Shown: positions 35,995 through 49,308, counted from the stretch's first letter. The stretch: DNA of 64,000 bases from Octopus sinensis (GCF_006345805.1 NW_021832432.1:704377-768376); one strand, 5' to 3'. Numbers and translations: made by a program. The notes: a model not told the origin generated them from the letters alone.

Positions 35995-36335
35995 TACTGC
36001 GTGGCATCTTGGGCAAGTGTCTTCTGCTATAGCCCCGGGCCGACCAATGCCTTGTGAGTGGATTTGGTAGACGGAAACTGAAAGAAGCCTGTCGTATATA
36101 TGTATACATATATAAGTGTGTGTGTATATGTTTGTGTGTCTGTGTTTGTCCCCCTAGCATTGCTTGACAACCGATGCTGGTGTGTTTACATCCCCGTCAC
36201 TTAGCGGTTTGGCAAAAGAGACCGATAGAATAAGTACTGGGCTTACAAAGAATAAGTCCCGGGGTCGATTTGCTCGACTAAAGGCGGTGCTCCAGCATGG
36301 CCGCAGTCAAATGACTGAAACAAGTAAAAGAGTAA
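35995..36335 (+). mobile_element. 5'-truncated SINE-A
   Basis: 'actgcgtggcatcttgggcaagtgtc...gactgaaacaagtaaaagagta'. Confidence 0.9.
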
Positions 36336-36696
36336 TATTCATTAAGTTCAAATCCCACCTGTAGTGAACTTCATACTTAATCTTTCCACGCTTTTGTAAA
36401 GGAAATGCCTACGGAATCCTTTAACTCTCACTCCAAAAGTTTGAAGTCTTCTGCCTATGTAAGAAACCAGTCAGTTGGCAAATTGATAGGAAGAAACTAC
36501 AGAATGAGTTTCAAAACGCTTTGCTCTATTCTGCTGTGTCCTTTCCGTTCAAATTCCGCAGTGGTCAACGTCAATCTTCATTTTTATAGGGGGCGATAAA
36601 ATAATGAAATAATCCACCAGTTAAGTTAGTAGGATCGATAATATCGTCACCCAAGATCTGTGGCTTTGGGATTATGATAGAAATTTTTTTTTTTTT

Positions 36697-37084
36697 TTAC
36701 TTGTTTCAGTCATTTGACTGCGGCCATGCTGGAGCACCGCCTTTAGTCGAGCAAATCGACCCCGGGACTTATTCTTTGTAAGCCCAGTACTTATTCTATC
36801 GGTCTCCTTTTGCCGAACCGTTAAGTGACGGGGACGTAAACACACCAGCATCGGTTAACAAGTGATGTTGGGGGGAGAAACACAGACACACACGCATACA
36901 TATATATATATACATATATACGACAGGCTTCTTTCAGTTTCCGTCTACCAAATCCACTCACAAAGCATTGGTCGGCCCGGGGCTATAGCAGAAGACACTT
37001 GCCCAAGATGCCACGCAGTGGGACTGAACCCAGAACCATGTGGTTGGTTAGCAAGCTACTTTACCACACAGCCACTCCTGCGCC
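36697..37084 (-). mobile_element. Full-length SINE-A
   Basis: Complete head-to-tail copy; head abuts TATATA. Confidence 0.9.
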
Positions 37085-37282
37085 TATATATATGAATTAA
37101 TAATACATGGAGTAAATCGCCATCTATAACACGTAGTTAATCTCCACCCCGAAAGGAAGATTAAAATTAAGATTAAAGTATATTATAGTACATGATATTT
37201 AGTTGCAAATTTTACTTCCAACCATTTTTTCTTAAGTGGGATAAAAAAAAACACTATTTTAGATTATTATTATTATTATTAT

Positions 37283-37986
37283 TCTATGTTTGACTTTTGC
37301 TTTATATTTGTACAAGTTGGCTCCAAGTCTCACCCAGAGACTTCAAGAGACAACAGGTTGGAAGTTCATGTTGTTGTTATGCCTAGTGTGCCATATATTT
37401 GGTTTTGTATTTAGTGTTGTACTAGTGAATGTCTAAAAAAAAACATAAGAAAATTATGTTTGTTTTAAAACTTGAGATTACATAGAAAGTATTTTGCGTA
37501 GGATATGAGCAGTTCCCATGATCACTATCTTTTGAATTTCTGCCATTTTTCGGTTTCCTGGTATCTGAGTTAGGTAGCAATCAGCCCCTTTTGTTATCAT
37601 TCCCAGGGCACCTATGACAACAGGTATTGTTTTAGTCTCCAGGTTCCACATTTTGCTGATTTCTATTTCAAGATCTTTATATTTGCTCAGTTTTTGGTAG
37701 GCCTTGACAGATACGTTTATATCGATTGGGACAGTCATATCAATGAGGAGGCATGTTCTTTGTCTGAAGTCTTTCAATATGATGTCTGGCCTATTTGCAT
37801 CTATCTTTCTGTTAATTTGAATGGTGAAGTTCCAGAGGAGTGAGATGTGGTCATTTTCAAGGTGGTTTGTGTTCCCACCAGTTTTTTTCATGGGGCAAAT
37901 CCAGGTTTTTGCAAATTACCCAGTGAATATATTGTGCAGCTCTATCATGCCTGTTGAGATACTCTTTAGGCGCTAGAAGACTGCAC
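37283..37986 (-). mobile_element. R4/Dong-like 3' fragment, same family as 9012-10098
   Basis: ORF 37478-37891 'LLWNFTIQ..RKIDANRPDIILKD...LIDMTVP.D.N...KLSKYKDLEIEISKMW...IPVVIGALG...GTAHILRKILS'; shared 3' UTR; (TTA)n on both sides. Confidence 0.9.
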
Positions 37987-38049
<63 letters not shown>

Positions 38050-38051
<2 letters not shown>

Positions 38052-38590
38052 TTCCTTCTTTCTCCAAATTTACTTCCATTTCTCGCCGAGTGTTTTCCGT
38101 ACACCTAGGGCAGAGAAGCTCATTGTATGCATTCCCAGATTACACACGCAAATTAACAAATAAAATATGTATTTAAAAAAAAAATAATAAATAAATTCAT
38201 GAATGTATGTTGTTTTCACAGCGATAATGCTCTTCTCGGTACATGAGTCGTTCCAGTTAACACGATTTTTTGCACTTCCTGTAGGGATAGTAAGCCTGGT
38301 ATCATTTTCAAATAGGTTTCAGTACCTTTTTTTATCATTCCTAGAGATCCTACAATCACTGGTACTATAGTCGCTTTGAGATGCCACATTTTTTCAATTT
38401 CTATTAGCAAGTCTTTATATTTACTGATCTTGTCAAATTCTTTCACCGCTATATTGTGATCGCAAGGAATACTCATGTCAATTAATAAACACACCTTTTT
38501 TGTCTGATCTTTTATAATAATATCCGGTTATTATAATAATATCCGGTTTTTATAATAATATCCGGTTTTTATAATAATATCCGGTTTATA
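38050..38590 (-). mobile_element. R4/Dong-like 3' fragment, second subfamily
   Basis: ORF 38216-38494 'CLLIDMSIPCDHNI..KEFDKISKYKDL.IEIEKMW...VPVIVGSLG'; (TTA)n on both sides. Confidence 0.85.
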
Positions 38591-38599
38591 GTTTTGTCG

Positions 38600-38657
<58 letters not shown>

Positions 38658-38660
<3 letters not shown>

Positions 38661-38868
38661 GGCGACGAGCTAGCAGAAGCGTTAGTGCGCTGGACGAAAT
38701 ACTTAGCGGTATTTCGCCCGTTGCTCCGTTCTGGGTTCGAATTCCGCCGAGATCGACAGTACCTTTCATCCTTTCGGGGCCGATAAAATACCAGTTGAAC
38801 ACTGGAGTCGATGTAATCGACTCATCTCCTCTTCCGAAAAAGCTGCCCTTGTGGCAGAATTTGAAGCC
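38658..38868 (+). mobile_element. Full-length SINE-B within (ATT)n
   Basis: 'aaggcgacgagctagcaga...ctgggttcgaattccg...cccttgtggcagaatttgaagcc(att)n'. Confidence 0.9.
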
Positions 38869-38904
38869 ATTATTATTATTATCATCATTATTATTATTAT
38901 TATC

Positions 38905-39100
38905 TGTTTGACTCGGGTTTGGTCTTATTCCTGGTAGGATTTATGCGGCTAGCGGGTTACTCCCTTAGGTATCCACGAGTTTTCAGTAGTCCTTCAAGTG
39001 TTTAAAACCCTCCTGATAATTCTTGCTGTTCCTAAGAGACAAACTTTTTGTAAGAGCTCTACAGGGCATTCTATTCCAATCTCCTTCAGCCATTTGTCAT
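38905..39100 (-). mobile_element. R4/Dong-like extreme 3' end, third subfamily
   Basis: 'DKWLKEIGIECPVELLQKVCLLGTARIIRRVLNT*' + 3' UTR + (TAA)n. Confidence 0.7.
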
Positions 39101-39414
39101 TAGAATCCCAAACTTTTGGAAATACGTTTTCCCTCTAAGAATTGGTAGCTGTAAGGACATTGCATCCTTCAAAAATTCCATGCTTCTCACAATACGCCTT
39201 CACCAGAATAAAGTGGCCGTACACCCTTACTTCTTTATGTCTGTTTTACTACTTTTCTGTTTTTATTCCTGTTTTATTCTGTGTACTATACATGTACTTT
39301 TAGCCTCCATTACTGCCTCACTTTACTTGACTTACTGTTAAATTCTGCACCTTCTTTTACTTTTTTCCGACATGTTGCTTTTTACCTGAGCACTCTATAC
39401 GATAACCACAAGAA

Positions 39415-40686
39415 CTGTTAGAGCGTCGAACAATATGCTTAGCGGCGTTTCTTCTGGCTTTTTACTTTCTGAATTCAAATCCTACCGAGGTCAGTTTTAC
39501 CTTTCATCCTTTCAGGGTCGATAAATAAAGTATTAGTCGAATTATTGGCTCAATTTAATTGATCAACTCCCTCCAACTGAAATTGATGGCATCGTGGTAA
39601 AATTTGAAACCATTATTATTTGGGTGGCAAGCTGGCAGAATCGTTAGCATACCGTGCAAAATGCTAAGCGACATTTCTTCCTGATTTTTATGTTCTGTGT
39701 TCAAATGCTGCCCAGGTCGACTTTACCGTTCATCCTTTTGTGGGTGATAAAATAAGTACCAGTCACGTACTGAGGTCAATGTAATCGACTATCCTTTTCC
39801 CACCAAATTTCAGGCCATATGCCTATAACAGAAAGAATTACTCTTTTACTCTTTTACTTGTTTCAGTCATTTGACTGCAGCCATGCTGGAGCACCACCTT
39901 TAGTCGAGCAAATCGACCCCAGGACTTATTCTTTGTAAGCCTAGTACTTATTCTATCGGTCTCTTTTGCCGAACCGCTAAGCTACGGGGACGTAAGCTCA
40001 TCAGCATCGGTTGTCAAGTGATGTTGGGGGTGGGGGGGGACGAACACAAACACACACACACACACACACATCTACATATACATATATTCGACGGGCTTAT
40101 TTCAGTTTCCATCTACCAAATCCACTCACAAGGCTTTGGTCGCCCTGAGGCTATAGTAGAAGTGGGACTGAACCCGGCGCCATGTGGTTGGTAAGTAAGT
40201 TACCACACAGCCACTCTTTTTTTTTTTTGGCGAGCTGGCAAAATCGTAAACGTCGGACAAAATGCTTAGCATAATTTTTTCCTGCTTTTTATGTTTTGAG
40301 TTCAAATGCCACCAAGGTAGACTTTGTTTTTCATCCTTTCGGGATCAATAAAATGAACATTGGGGTTAATGTAATAGACTATTCCCTACTCTAAAACTGC
40401 TGGTCTTGTGCCGAAATTTGAAACCACATACCACCGCCCACCTAGGTCTTGTGTCTATAGTGAAAAGAATTATCATGGCGACGAGTTGGCAGTGTCGTTA
40501 GGACACCGAAAACAGGCTTAGAGTTTTTTTCCGGCTTATCGTTCGGAATTGAAATGTCACCGAGGTCGTCTTTGTCGTTCATTATTTCCGGTTCGATAAA
40601 ATAAATACCACTTGAGCACTGAAGTCAATCTGATCGACTAAGCCCCAACCCGCAAATTTCAGACTTTGCGTCTGTAGCAGAAAGGA
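39415..40686 (+). mobile_element. Cluster of four co-oriented SINE-B copies with an opposite-strand SINE-A (39840-40216)
   Basis: B copies at ~39415, 39622, 40229 and 40476. Confidence 0.8.
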
Positions 40687-40698
40687 TTATTATTATTA

Positions 40699-40857
40699 TT
40701 AGCTGTACCCGTGGAAAATCCGAGGTTATTTTGAAAATTGTATGAGGAAATTGTATATTTTTTCCGAAGCATTTGATTCTTGAGAAGAGGTGAAAATCCG
40801 TATAGTCAGTATTGAAGGATGACTGAATGAATGAATGACTCTATCTATCTATCTATC

Positions 40858-40939
<82 letters not shown>

Positions 40940-40961
40940 ACCACTTCTCTAATGATAAAGA
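40699..40961 (-). mobile_element. Small Helitron-like element with internal (GATA)n
   Basis: Minus strand A|TCtttatcattagagaag...; 3' end 'cggattttccacgggtacagCTAA|T' (variant of hairpin + CTAG). Confidence 0.45.
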
Positions 40962-41057
40962 TCCCCTCTCTCTTTCGTGTTTTCTCTTTCTATTTCTTCA
41001 TTGACTCCACTATTTCCGTTCTTTTCTTTGTTTCCTTTTCTCCCCTACCTCTCTTCC

Positions 41058-41129
<72 letters not shown>

Positions 41130-42269
41130 CAATATATATATTTGTTCATTCGAGTTATAATTTTCCTTAATGACGTAAATGTAACACACGGAAAATACAG
41201 ACAAGAACAAGCAGAATAATATAATTATTTTATATATAATGAAATATCCAATCTAATATATTAGATTATAACAGATTATTTAGCCTCGTATTATTTGTAT
41301 AACACTATTGTATCCAAGATTATTAAATTTTTAGGGCAATTAGATCCCCACCGCCAACCAAAACACGCACTATGCATTGACTTTTATAGGGTAAAAATTT
41401 TCAGAAAATTATACTTGTTTCGAGAGGTGTTATGTAATGTGAGAAAGCAAGAATTTCATGAAGAATTGTTTGTTGTTGTTGTTGTTGTTGTTTACCCTCA
41501 GGTTGTGCCTGAAAACATGACATGGTCACGGCTGGAATATCGCTTACCAAAAATATTTCTGCTGTGACAAAGTGCATCTAAAGCTGTATTAAGCAGAGTG
41601 AGTGATCCCAGATTTGAGGACATAAATTTCATTTCTGTCATAAATGCCTGTCAGTGAAGGTGATATCTTTAAAATCAAGGATCATATCCAACGTGTCCGT
41701 TCTTTATATTTGTTAAGATTGTAGTGGTAGGGGAAGTATAGAAGAAGGATCTGGCTGCTATTTCTAGCTGGTGGATCGACGAAGGTAGATCAGTGATCTT
41801 CGAAATTTCTGAGACATCGTTATCCCATCTCGTTATGCTTAAACTACATGGAACTCTTATTGACAGTTTTTGCTGCATGAGATACTTAAATTTCAATCGA
41901 ATATTTCATAATACATCAATTTTCTGCTCCCGACACCGTTAGGGGATTATGAGCCCGGGGTGCTGTAATGAAGCCTGATTCTACATCATCGAAATATCTT
42001 TTATCTTTTACTTGTTTCAATCAGTCATTGGACTGCGGCCATGTCGGAGCACTTTGAAGGGTATTTGTCGAACAAATCGATCCCAGTACTTATATTTTAA
42101 CTCGGGTACTTATTTTATTAGTTCTTTTGCCGAACTACAAAGTTACAAGGACACAAACAAACCAACGTTGGCTGTCGAACAGTATGTGGGTGTGTATGGG
42201 GTGGTGGCAATACCAAACATAAACATACACACAATCACACACATACGTACGTATAATTGCTTCAGTTGA

Positions 42270-42620
42270 AGTAATAAATCTTTATTCTACTGTCCCACAC
42301 GAGTACAGACTGGAGGCAACAGCTTTTTGGTTAAGAAAATTCCCTGATAAAAATTTTGAAAATTCGAAACCGGATTGATAAACAGTTCATCACAGAGAGC
42401 TTGAAATTCATCCTTCAAAATAACTTCATTTTCGAGAAAAACAGCTCCTGACAAATATCTGGAACTACGGTGGATAAAAGAGTTTCCTCAACATGCGCTA
42501 ACTTAGACATGTCATATCTAGAAGTTCAAATGTATTGAGAAGCCAAGACAAAATACGATATCCACTTTCAAAATTACATTAGGTATTTTAGAGGAACCCA
42601 ACAAAGAGACACCCAGTATT
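42270..42620 (+). pseudogene. Penelope-like RT fragment
   Basis: 'FWLRKFP...FITESLKFILQNNFIFEKNSS*QISGTTVDKRVSSTCANLDMSYLE' (cf. Q..GTAMG...AP.YANL.MGYLE). Confidence 0.7.
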
Positions 42621-43154
42621 GAAACGGAAAGGTATCTAGTTTTGTCTTGGCAAGTTTATATTGGATATCACTGCCTATAACGTTGTTAATTAATATTGTT
42701 TTTGATCCAGATGAGAACTATCTAACGAGGTATACTCACCCAACTTATCATGCTGTTATGCCTTGATTCCTGAAAATAATGCGGAAACATCTCCAAGATT
42801 TGGTTGATGTGATTAAGCAATTCAGAACTTGTCATTTCCAGGCTAGGAAGAAAGACACGAGTGATTGAAAGGACTGCCATCCAAACTTTATCTTTATATA
42901 TGACTTCATTATAGGTAAGACCTACCTAAAGTATTCCATTTTCTTCTTAACCCTTATGTTATTACATTCCTGTTGAAACACACTACCTTTGTTTCAATTA
43001 GTTTAGAAAATAATGAAGAATTTGCTAAAATAACATTTTCATTGATATGACCTTCTCGTGCGACTGCCACGAAAGCGTAATACATGAACGTTGCCCAAGC
43101 AATCTGTAGTTAACGGATAGCGTTCTGAGCCACATTTCTACTTTAAAAAACAAG

Positions 43155-43434
43155 GAGCACTCCGTCGGTTACGACGACGAGGGTCCCAGCTGATAAGATC
43201 AACGGAACAGCGAGCTCGTGAAATTAACGTACAAGTGACTGAGCAATCCACAGACACGCGTACCCCTAACGTAGTTCTCAGGGAGATTCAGCGGGACACA
43301 GATTGTGACAAAGCCGGCCCTTTGAAATACAGGTACAACTCATTTTTGCCAGCTGAGTGGATTGGAGCAACGTGAAATAAAGTGTCTTGCTCAAGGACAC
43401 AACGTGTTGCCGGGAATCGAACACATGACCTTAC
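43155..43434 (-). mobile_element. 5'-truncated SINE with V/CORE-like body and the same tail as 51735-52126
   Basis: 'gttcgattcccggc..gttgtgtccttgagcaagacacttta..tgctccaatccactcagctg..aaatgagttgtacctgtatttcaaagggccggc...ccctcgtcgtcgtaaccgacggagtgctc'. Confidence 0.85.
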
Positions 43435-43619
43435 ATAACAACGGCCAGAATATACATAATTTGCGGTATAATACCTTAATCTATATACCTTTGCAAATCT
43501 TTCGTGAAACTGGTCAAGTTTATTTCTATATTTTAAAATATAATTAAATTCTAATTAATTCAAAATTATTCTGAGTGCATATTCAACTTCGTGTCCTTTA
43601 TCCCTTTATTTGTTTGCAA

Positions 43620-43713
<94 letters not shown>

Positions 43714-43716
43714 TAT

Positions 43717-44017
43717 GTTTCGTTTTGGGTTTGGGTTTGCAAGATTCCTTATGTGAGTTCGTGTGTTGAAGCATATTCTGTTGCGTCTGGGGAGAGTCAT
43801 TCTCTTTTAGTGGCTTATTATTTAACACACTCACCTGTAAAATTCCACTTATTTCTTACTTTTATTTTCTAAAATGTTCGTTGCGTCTTGTGAAAAGGTT
43901 GCAAGACGCAACGAAAATTTTAGAAAATAAAAATAAGAAATAAGTGGAAATTTTACCGGTGATTGTGTTAAATAATAAAGCACTAAAAGAGAATGACTCT
44001 CCCCAGACACAACAGTA

Positions 44018-44018
<1 letters not shown>
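43717..44018. repeat. Fold-back repeat (~112 bp arms, 11 nt loop) between (TA)n and (TCTA)n
   Basis: '...ttcgttgcgtcttg tgaaaaggttg caagacgcaacgaa...'. Confidence 0.9.
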
Positions 44019-44086
<68 letters not shown>

Positions 44087-44151
44087 CTATCTATCTTTCC
44101 ATCTATCCATCTATCTCTCTATCTATCTATCTATCTCTATCTATCTATCTA

Positions 44152-44204
<53 letters not shown>

Positions 44205-44489
44205 CGATAGGTTTCCCTACATGAATGATCATAAAATCTCAGACGCTCATATGTTACCCATATGTACAATCTGTATCAACATTCATATTCTTTCTATATA
44301 TTTTGTATGCGTATAAATGGTTATTTTTATAGTGAGTCATCGAACGCTCGTTCGTACACACACACACACACAAACTTTATTTTGTTCTTTTATTTGTTTC
44401 AGTCATTCGACTGCAGCTATGTCGCCTTCAGTCGAACAAATCGACCCTAGGACTTATTCTTTGTAAGCCTAATACTTATTCCATCGTTT

Positions 44490-44804
44490 CTTTCTCATTA
44501 CTTTCGACACAGTACTTCTTGATACACCAAACATTTCAGCTGTTTTCGCTACGCTAGCGTCTGCCATACGAGCACCAACAATTTGACCTCTTTGAAAGCC
44601 CGATAGATCTGCAAATTTAATGAATCTTAATTACCTTTTTCTATTGATATCTGAAAAGAAACAGCAATTTTATCAAAACATATTAAGCAACACTAATAAT
44701 AAATAAAAAGATATAAAAATAAACAAACTTTTGACGGTTTTATTGATATTTTAAAATTTTGATGCTAGGATGCTAGGCGTTTCCATTATTTTGCCCGACC
44801 CCTG
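44490..44804 (-). mobile_element. Tc1 5' end (TIR + transposase HTH)
   Basis: TA|CAGGGGTCGGGCAAAATAATGGAAAC; 'LSGFQRGQIVGARMADASVAKTAEMFGVSRSTVSKVM'. Confidence 0.85.
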
Positions 44805-44836
<32 letters not shown>

Positions 44837-44997
44837 TAAATACGCAACCGAAAGAGCTACTCATAGTTTCATGCTATTATGATACGTGAGCATGCATATT
44901 TATAAAATACGGCATGTCGCTTAAAGCAATCTTTCAGGCTCTGATTAGGCACTGTATATAATTAAAAAAAAATTGTGATGTGATGTGATGTGTGTGA

Positions 44998-45034
<37 letters not shown>

Positions 45035-45821
45035 TTTGTGTATGTGTTTGTTTCACACCATCGCGTAACAACAGCCGTTGGTTTATTTACGTCTCCGTAA
45101 CTTATCGGTTCGGCAAAAAGAGACTGATATTACAAGTACCACGCTTAATAAAAAGTAAATATTGGGATCGATTCATTCGACTAAAAGAAAAAAAAAAGGT
45201 GGTGCCCCAGCATGACTGAAACAAGTATCAGATAAAAGAAATCCAGGTGTTGACACCTGTTGATTCATCACCACAGGTAACCTCCACCCGGAGAATCGCC
45301 ACTTTACCTGAGAGTACAATGACATTTTATGCAGGTGATCTTCATCTGAAGCATGTAATTTAAATGAAATTTGGCAGCTATATTTAGCAAATTAAGCGAC
45401 TGCGTATAAGTTCGTAATATTTCTGGTTGTGGAGATCTATGATTAACGACATTCCAACCATGGGCATCCCATTTTTTCTGTTCAGGTATAGTGTTCTCCT
45501 CCAAGGGTCTACATTATCAATTGTGTCCTAGTTTTATTTTTATTTATTAAAATTTTGCATATTTTTTGTGACTTTAAGGGGTGGATTGAGGGAGTTTTCG
45601 GCTACTATTTCTAGCGTGACGAGCGTTATCATTGAAGCACACAAGAATTGTTACACACACCACACAACACACACACACACGCACATATGCACTCGCACAC
45701 GCACACACACACCTGTATATAAATATACACGTGCAATCTACCTTCATCCCTATCTACCTACCTAACTACCTACTTACCTACCTACTTGTCCATATGTCTG
45801 TCTGTCTATCACACACATACA

Positions 45822-45855
<34 letters not shown>

Positions 45856-46152
45856 CATACATACATACATACATACACACATACATACATACACCCTTAC
45901 ACACATACATATAAACATAGATATGAGAGGGAGAGGTGGGGGTGGTAAACGGAACGAAATCCTGTGAAGAATACAATGTACGTATAGGTAGAATACAGTT
46001 AATGATGATGATGATGATGATGATGATGTGGTGTGTTGTGGGAGGAGAGAAATTCGGAAGAAATCATGTGTTCGGATGATGACAACAAAAGCCAGAGAAT
46101 TTGGTAGGGACGTATTCGATGTCAGAAACGAGTCGAAAAAGATAGACATATA

Positions 46153-46199
<47 letters not shown>

Positions 46200-46254
46200 T
46201 ATAATATTATATATATGTTTGTTTGTTTGTTTGTTTGTGGGTGTGTGTGTGTGG

Positions 46255-46805
<551 letters not shown>

Positions 46806-47129
46806 AAGGAAAAAGAATTGTAGGAGGAGATATATTAAAGGAATATAAAGTATAGGAAGGGATGAAGAAGAAGGAAAACTGATACATGAGTAAATGTTTG
46901 GATGTTTGTGATAGAAAGAAAAGAAAATAAATTCAATAAAAAAAAACGCAAAATCAAGTGGAAGAGTGTAAGAAAGAAGTAAAGAAGAAAACTAGAGACT
47001 TCGTTGAGGATAAGCGATGGGGGAAGTGGAACTTGGTGGTGAGAAAGGGGCTGAGAGAGAGAGAGAGAGACAGAAAGAGAAAGAGAGAGAGAGGGGGTGA
47101 GCGAGATAGTGAGAGAGAGAGAGAGAGAG

Positions 47130-47320
47130 AAAATGTGATTGTTGTCTCGCTAGGAGCGGAGTAGAGTAATTTTTGCGGATCAACGTTGATTGCCAAGTGA
47201 AGTCGCAGCAAAGCTTCTTTCAAGAGGAGATAACTCTGCCTATTTATTTACTGAATCAGAGTAAGAGAAATTATTTCACATGTCTCACAGCGCTACCGTT
47301 TCTACTTAAGTTGGCAATTG
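47130..47320 (+). other. Candidate non-coding first exon ending at a consensus donor
   Basis: Unique, non-TE sequence after a long purine/(GA)n tract; ends TTG|GTGAGTAA at 47321. Confidence 0.3.
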
Positions 47321-47549
47321 GTGAGTAACGAACAAGTGATTTCTTATATGAAATTAACCGTCACACCGGTTTATTATTATTATTATTATTATTATTATTT
47401 TTTTCTCTCTTTTTTTTTCTTTCTCTCTCTCTCTCTGATTATTTTTTTTAAATACTTCTCGATCCTTATTCCACCCCAACTTCTTTTCTAATGCACCATC
47501 ATTAACCCTCTCCTCTCTCTCTCTCTCTTCCTACCCGTTTCTAACTCAC

Positions 47550-47885
47550 CAACACCGCTACCATCACCACTGCCACCATCATCACCATCACCACCACTAC
47601 TGCCAACACCGCTACCACCATCACCACCACCACCACCACCACACCACCACCACCACCACCACCACCACCATCATCAATTTCACTGTCTTCAATCCCACCG
47701 CCCTCCAATACAATACATCTACCCCCACCCATTTTTAGCCCTCTAACACCGCCGCCACTAGAGCCCCACCCCCGCCATTACCACCACAAGAACAACAGCA
47801 ACAACAACAGCAACAATCATCAAACAAGCTGCCAATACACTATTAACATCATCACACGGCTATTATCATCTTCACCAGCACCAGC

Positions 47886-47918
<33 letters not shown>

Positions 47919-48146
47919 ACCATCACCACCACCATCACCAACAACAAAATAACACCGCCAGCACCAGACCACTATCGCCAGCACCGCCAGCCACAAATAA
48001 AAACGATCACTGCTATTACTTCAGTTTCCACATCAATCATTACTTATCAATGCTATTACTACCACCGCTACCGCCACGACCACCACCACGAAAAGCACCA
48101 CCAGGAAAACCACCACCACCACCACCACCACTACCACTATCGTCAC

Positions 48147-48198
<52 letters not shown>

Positions 48199-48200
48199 CT

Positions 48201-48260
<60 letters not shown>
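47550..48260. repeat. (CAC/CAT/TAC)n trinucleotide low-complexity region
   Basis: Direct observation. Confidence 0.9.
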
Positions 48261-48648
48261 AAACAATACTTTTACTTTCACTTCTCTGAAAACTTGTTTA
48301 ATGTCTTCGAACTCAGGTTGACTGAGAAAAAAAAAAAAAAATTCGCATGATTTATACACGACATGTACACGCGCGTGTTTTTGTGTGAGTGTGTATATAC
48401 ACAAACGTATCTGGCTATTTGCGTGCATATACATATATGCGAGTATGTGCGTCTGTATGTGTATATATATATATATATATTATATACGTTTAAATATTTG
48501 TTGTGCAAGATTTTTTATGTGAAGTCGTGTGTTGAAATAAGATTAAGATTAATGTAAAAAAATAAATAACACTGAAGCAAAATAACACCAAATATATAGT
48601 GCGTGTGTTTTTATTGGCTAAACTGGCAATATGACCATTCCGAAATAT

Positions 48649-48681
<33 letters not shown>

Positions 48682-48685
<4 letters not shown>

Positions 48686-48885
48686 CTATAATTATGAGTA
48701 TAATTATAATTAGGGTTCAGCAAACTTTGCTTCACCACATACCGAAATTTAGAAATAGCAGTGAAACTACTATTTTACTACCAAGATATCTTATAGCAGT
48801 TTAACTGCTATTTCTAAATTTCGGTATGTGGTGAAGCAAATTTTGCTGAACCCTAATCATAATTATACTCATAATTATAGAATTT
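48682..48885. repeat. Palindrome (~90 bp arms, ~19 nt loop) next to (TA)n
   Basis: 'ttagggttcagcaaa.tttgcttcaccacataccgaaatttagaaatagcagt' and its inverse at ~48803-48855. Confidence 0.95.
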
Positions 48886-49264
48886 TTGTATAAGTTTACC
48901 GATAATGGTTCTTCTAACATACCGAACAACTTGGTAAAATTATTAATTATTAATAATTAATTAATTAATTAATTAATTAATTTTACCCTTTATTATTATT
49001 GAATATATATATCTGTGTGTGTATGTGTGTCATTGTCGATGTTTTAGTATTTGTATGCGGCTTGGTAGTGTATATGTACGTATATATATATGTGTGTGTA
49101 TGTACATATGTGTATGTGTGTATATATACATGTTCGTGTGCGTATATGTATGTATATATAGGCATACTTACATTTGTATTCATATATATATATAGCTACA
49201 TGAATAGGAATAGTTATGTGTATTGCTATGCATGCACACACTGACATGTGTGTATGTATGCAGG

Positions 49265-49298
<34 letters not shown>

Positions 49299-49308
49299 TG
49301 TATGTATA

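Noticed and set aside
39100-39400. Possible CR1-like 3' end
   Set aside because: Only a weak 'IASFKNS' motif; insufficient to call.
48050-48289. Proline-rich protein ORF
   Set aside because: Product of (CCA)n/(CTA)n repeats.
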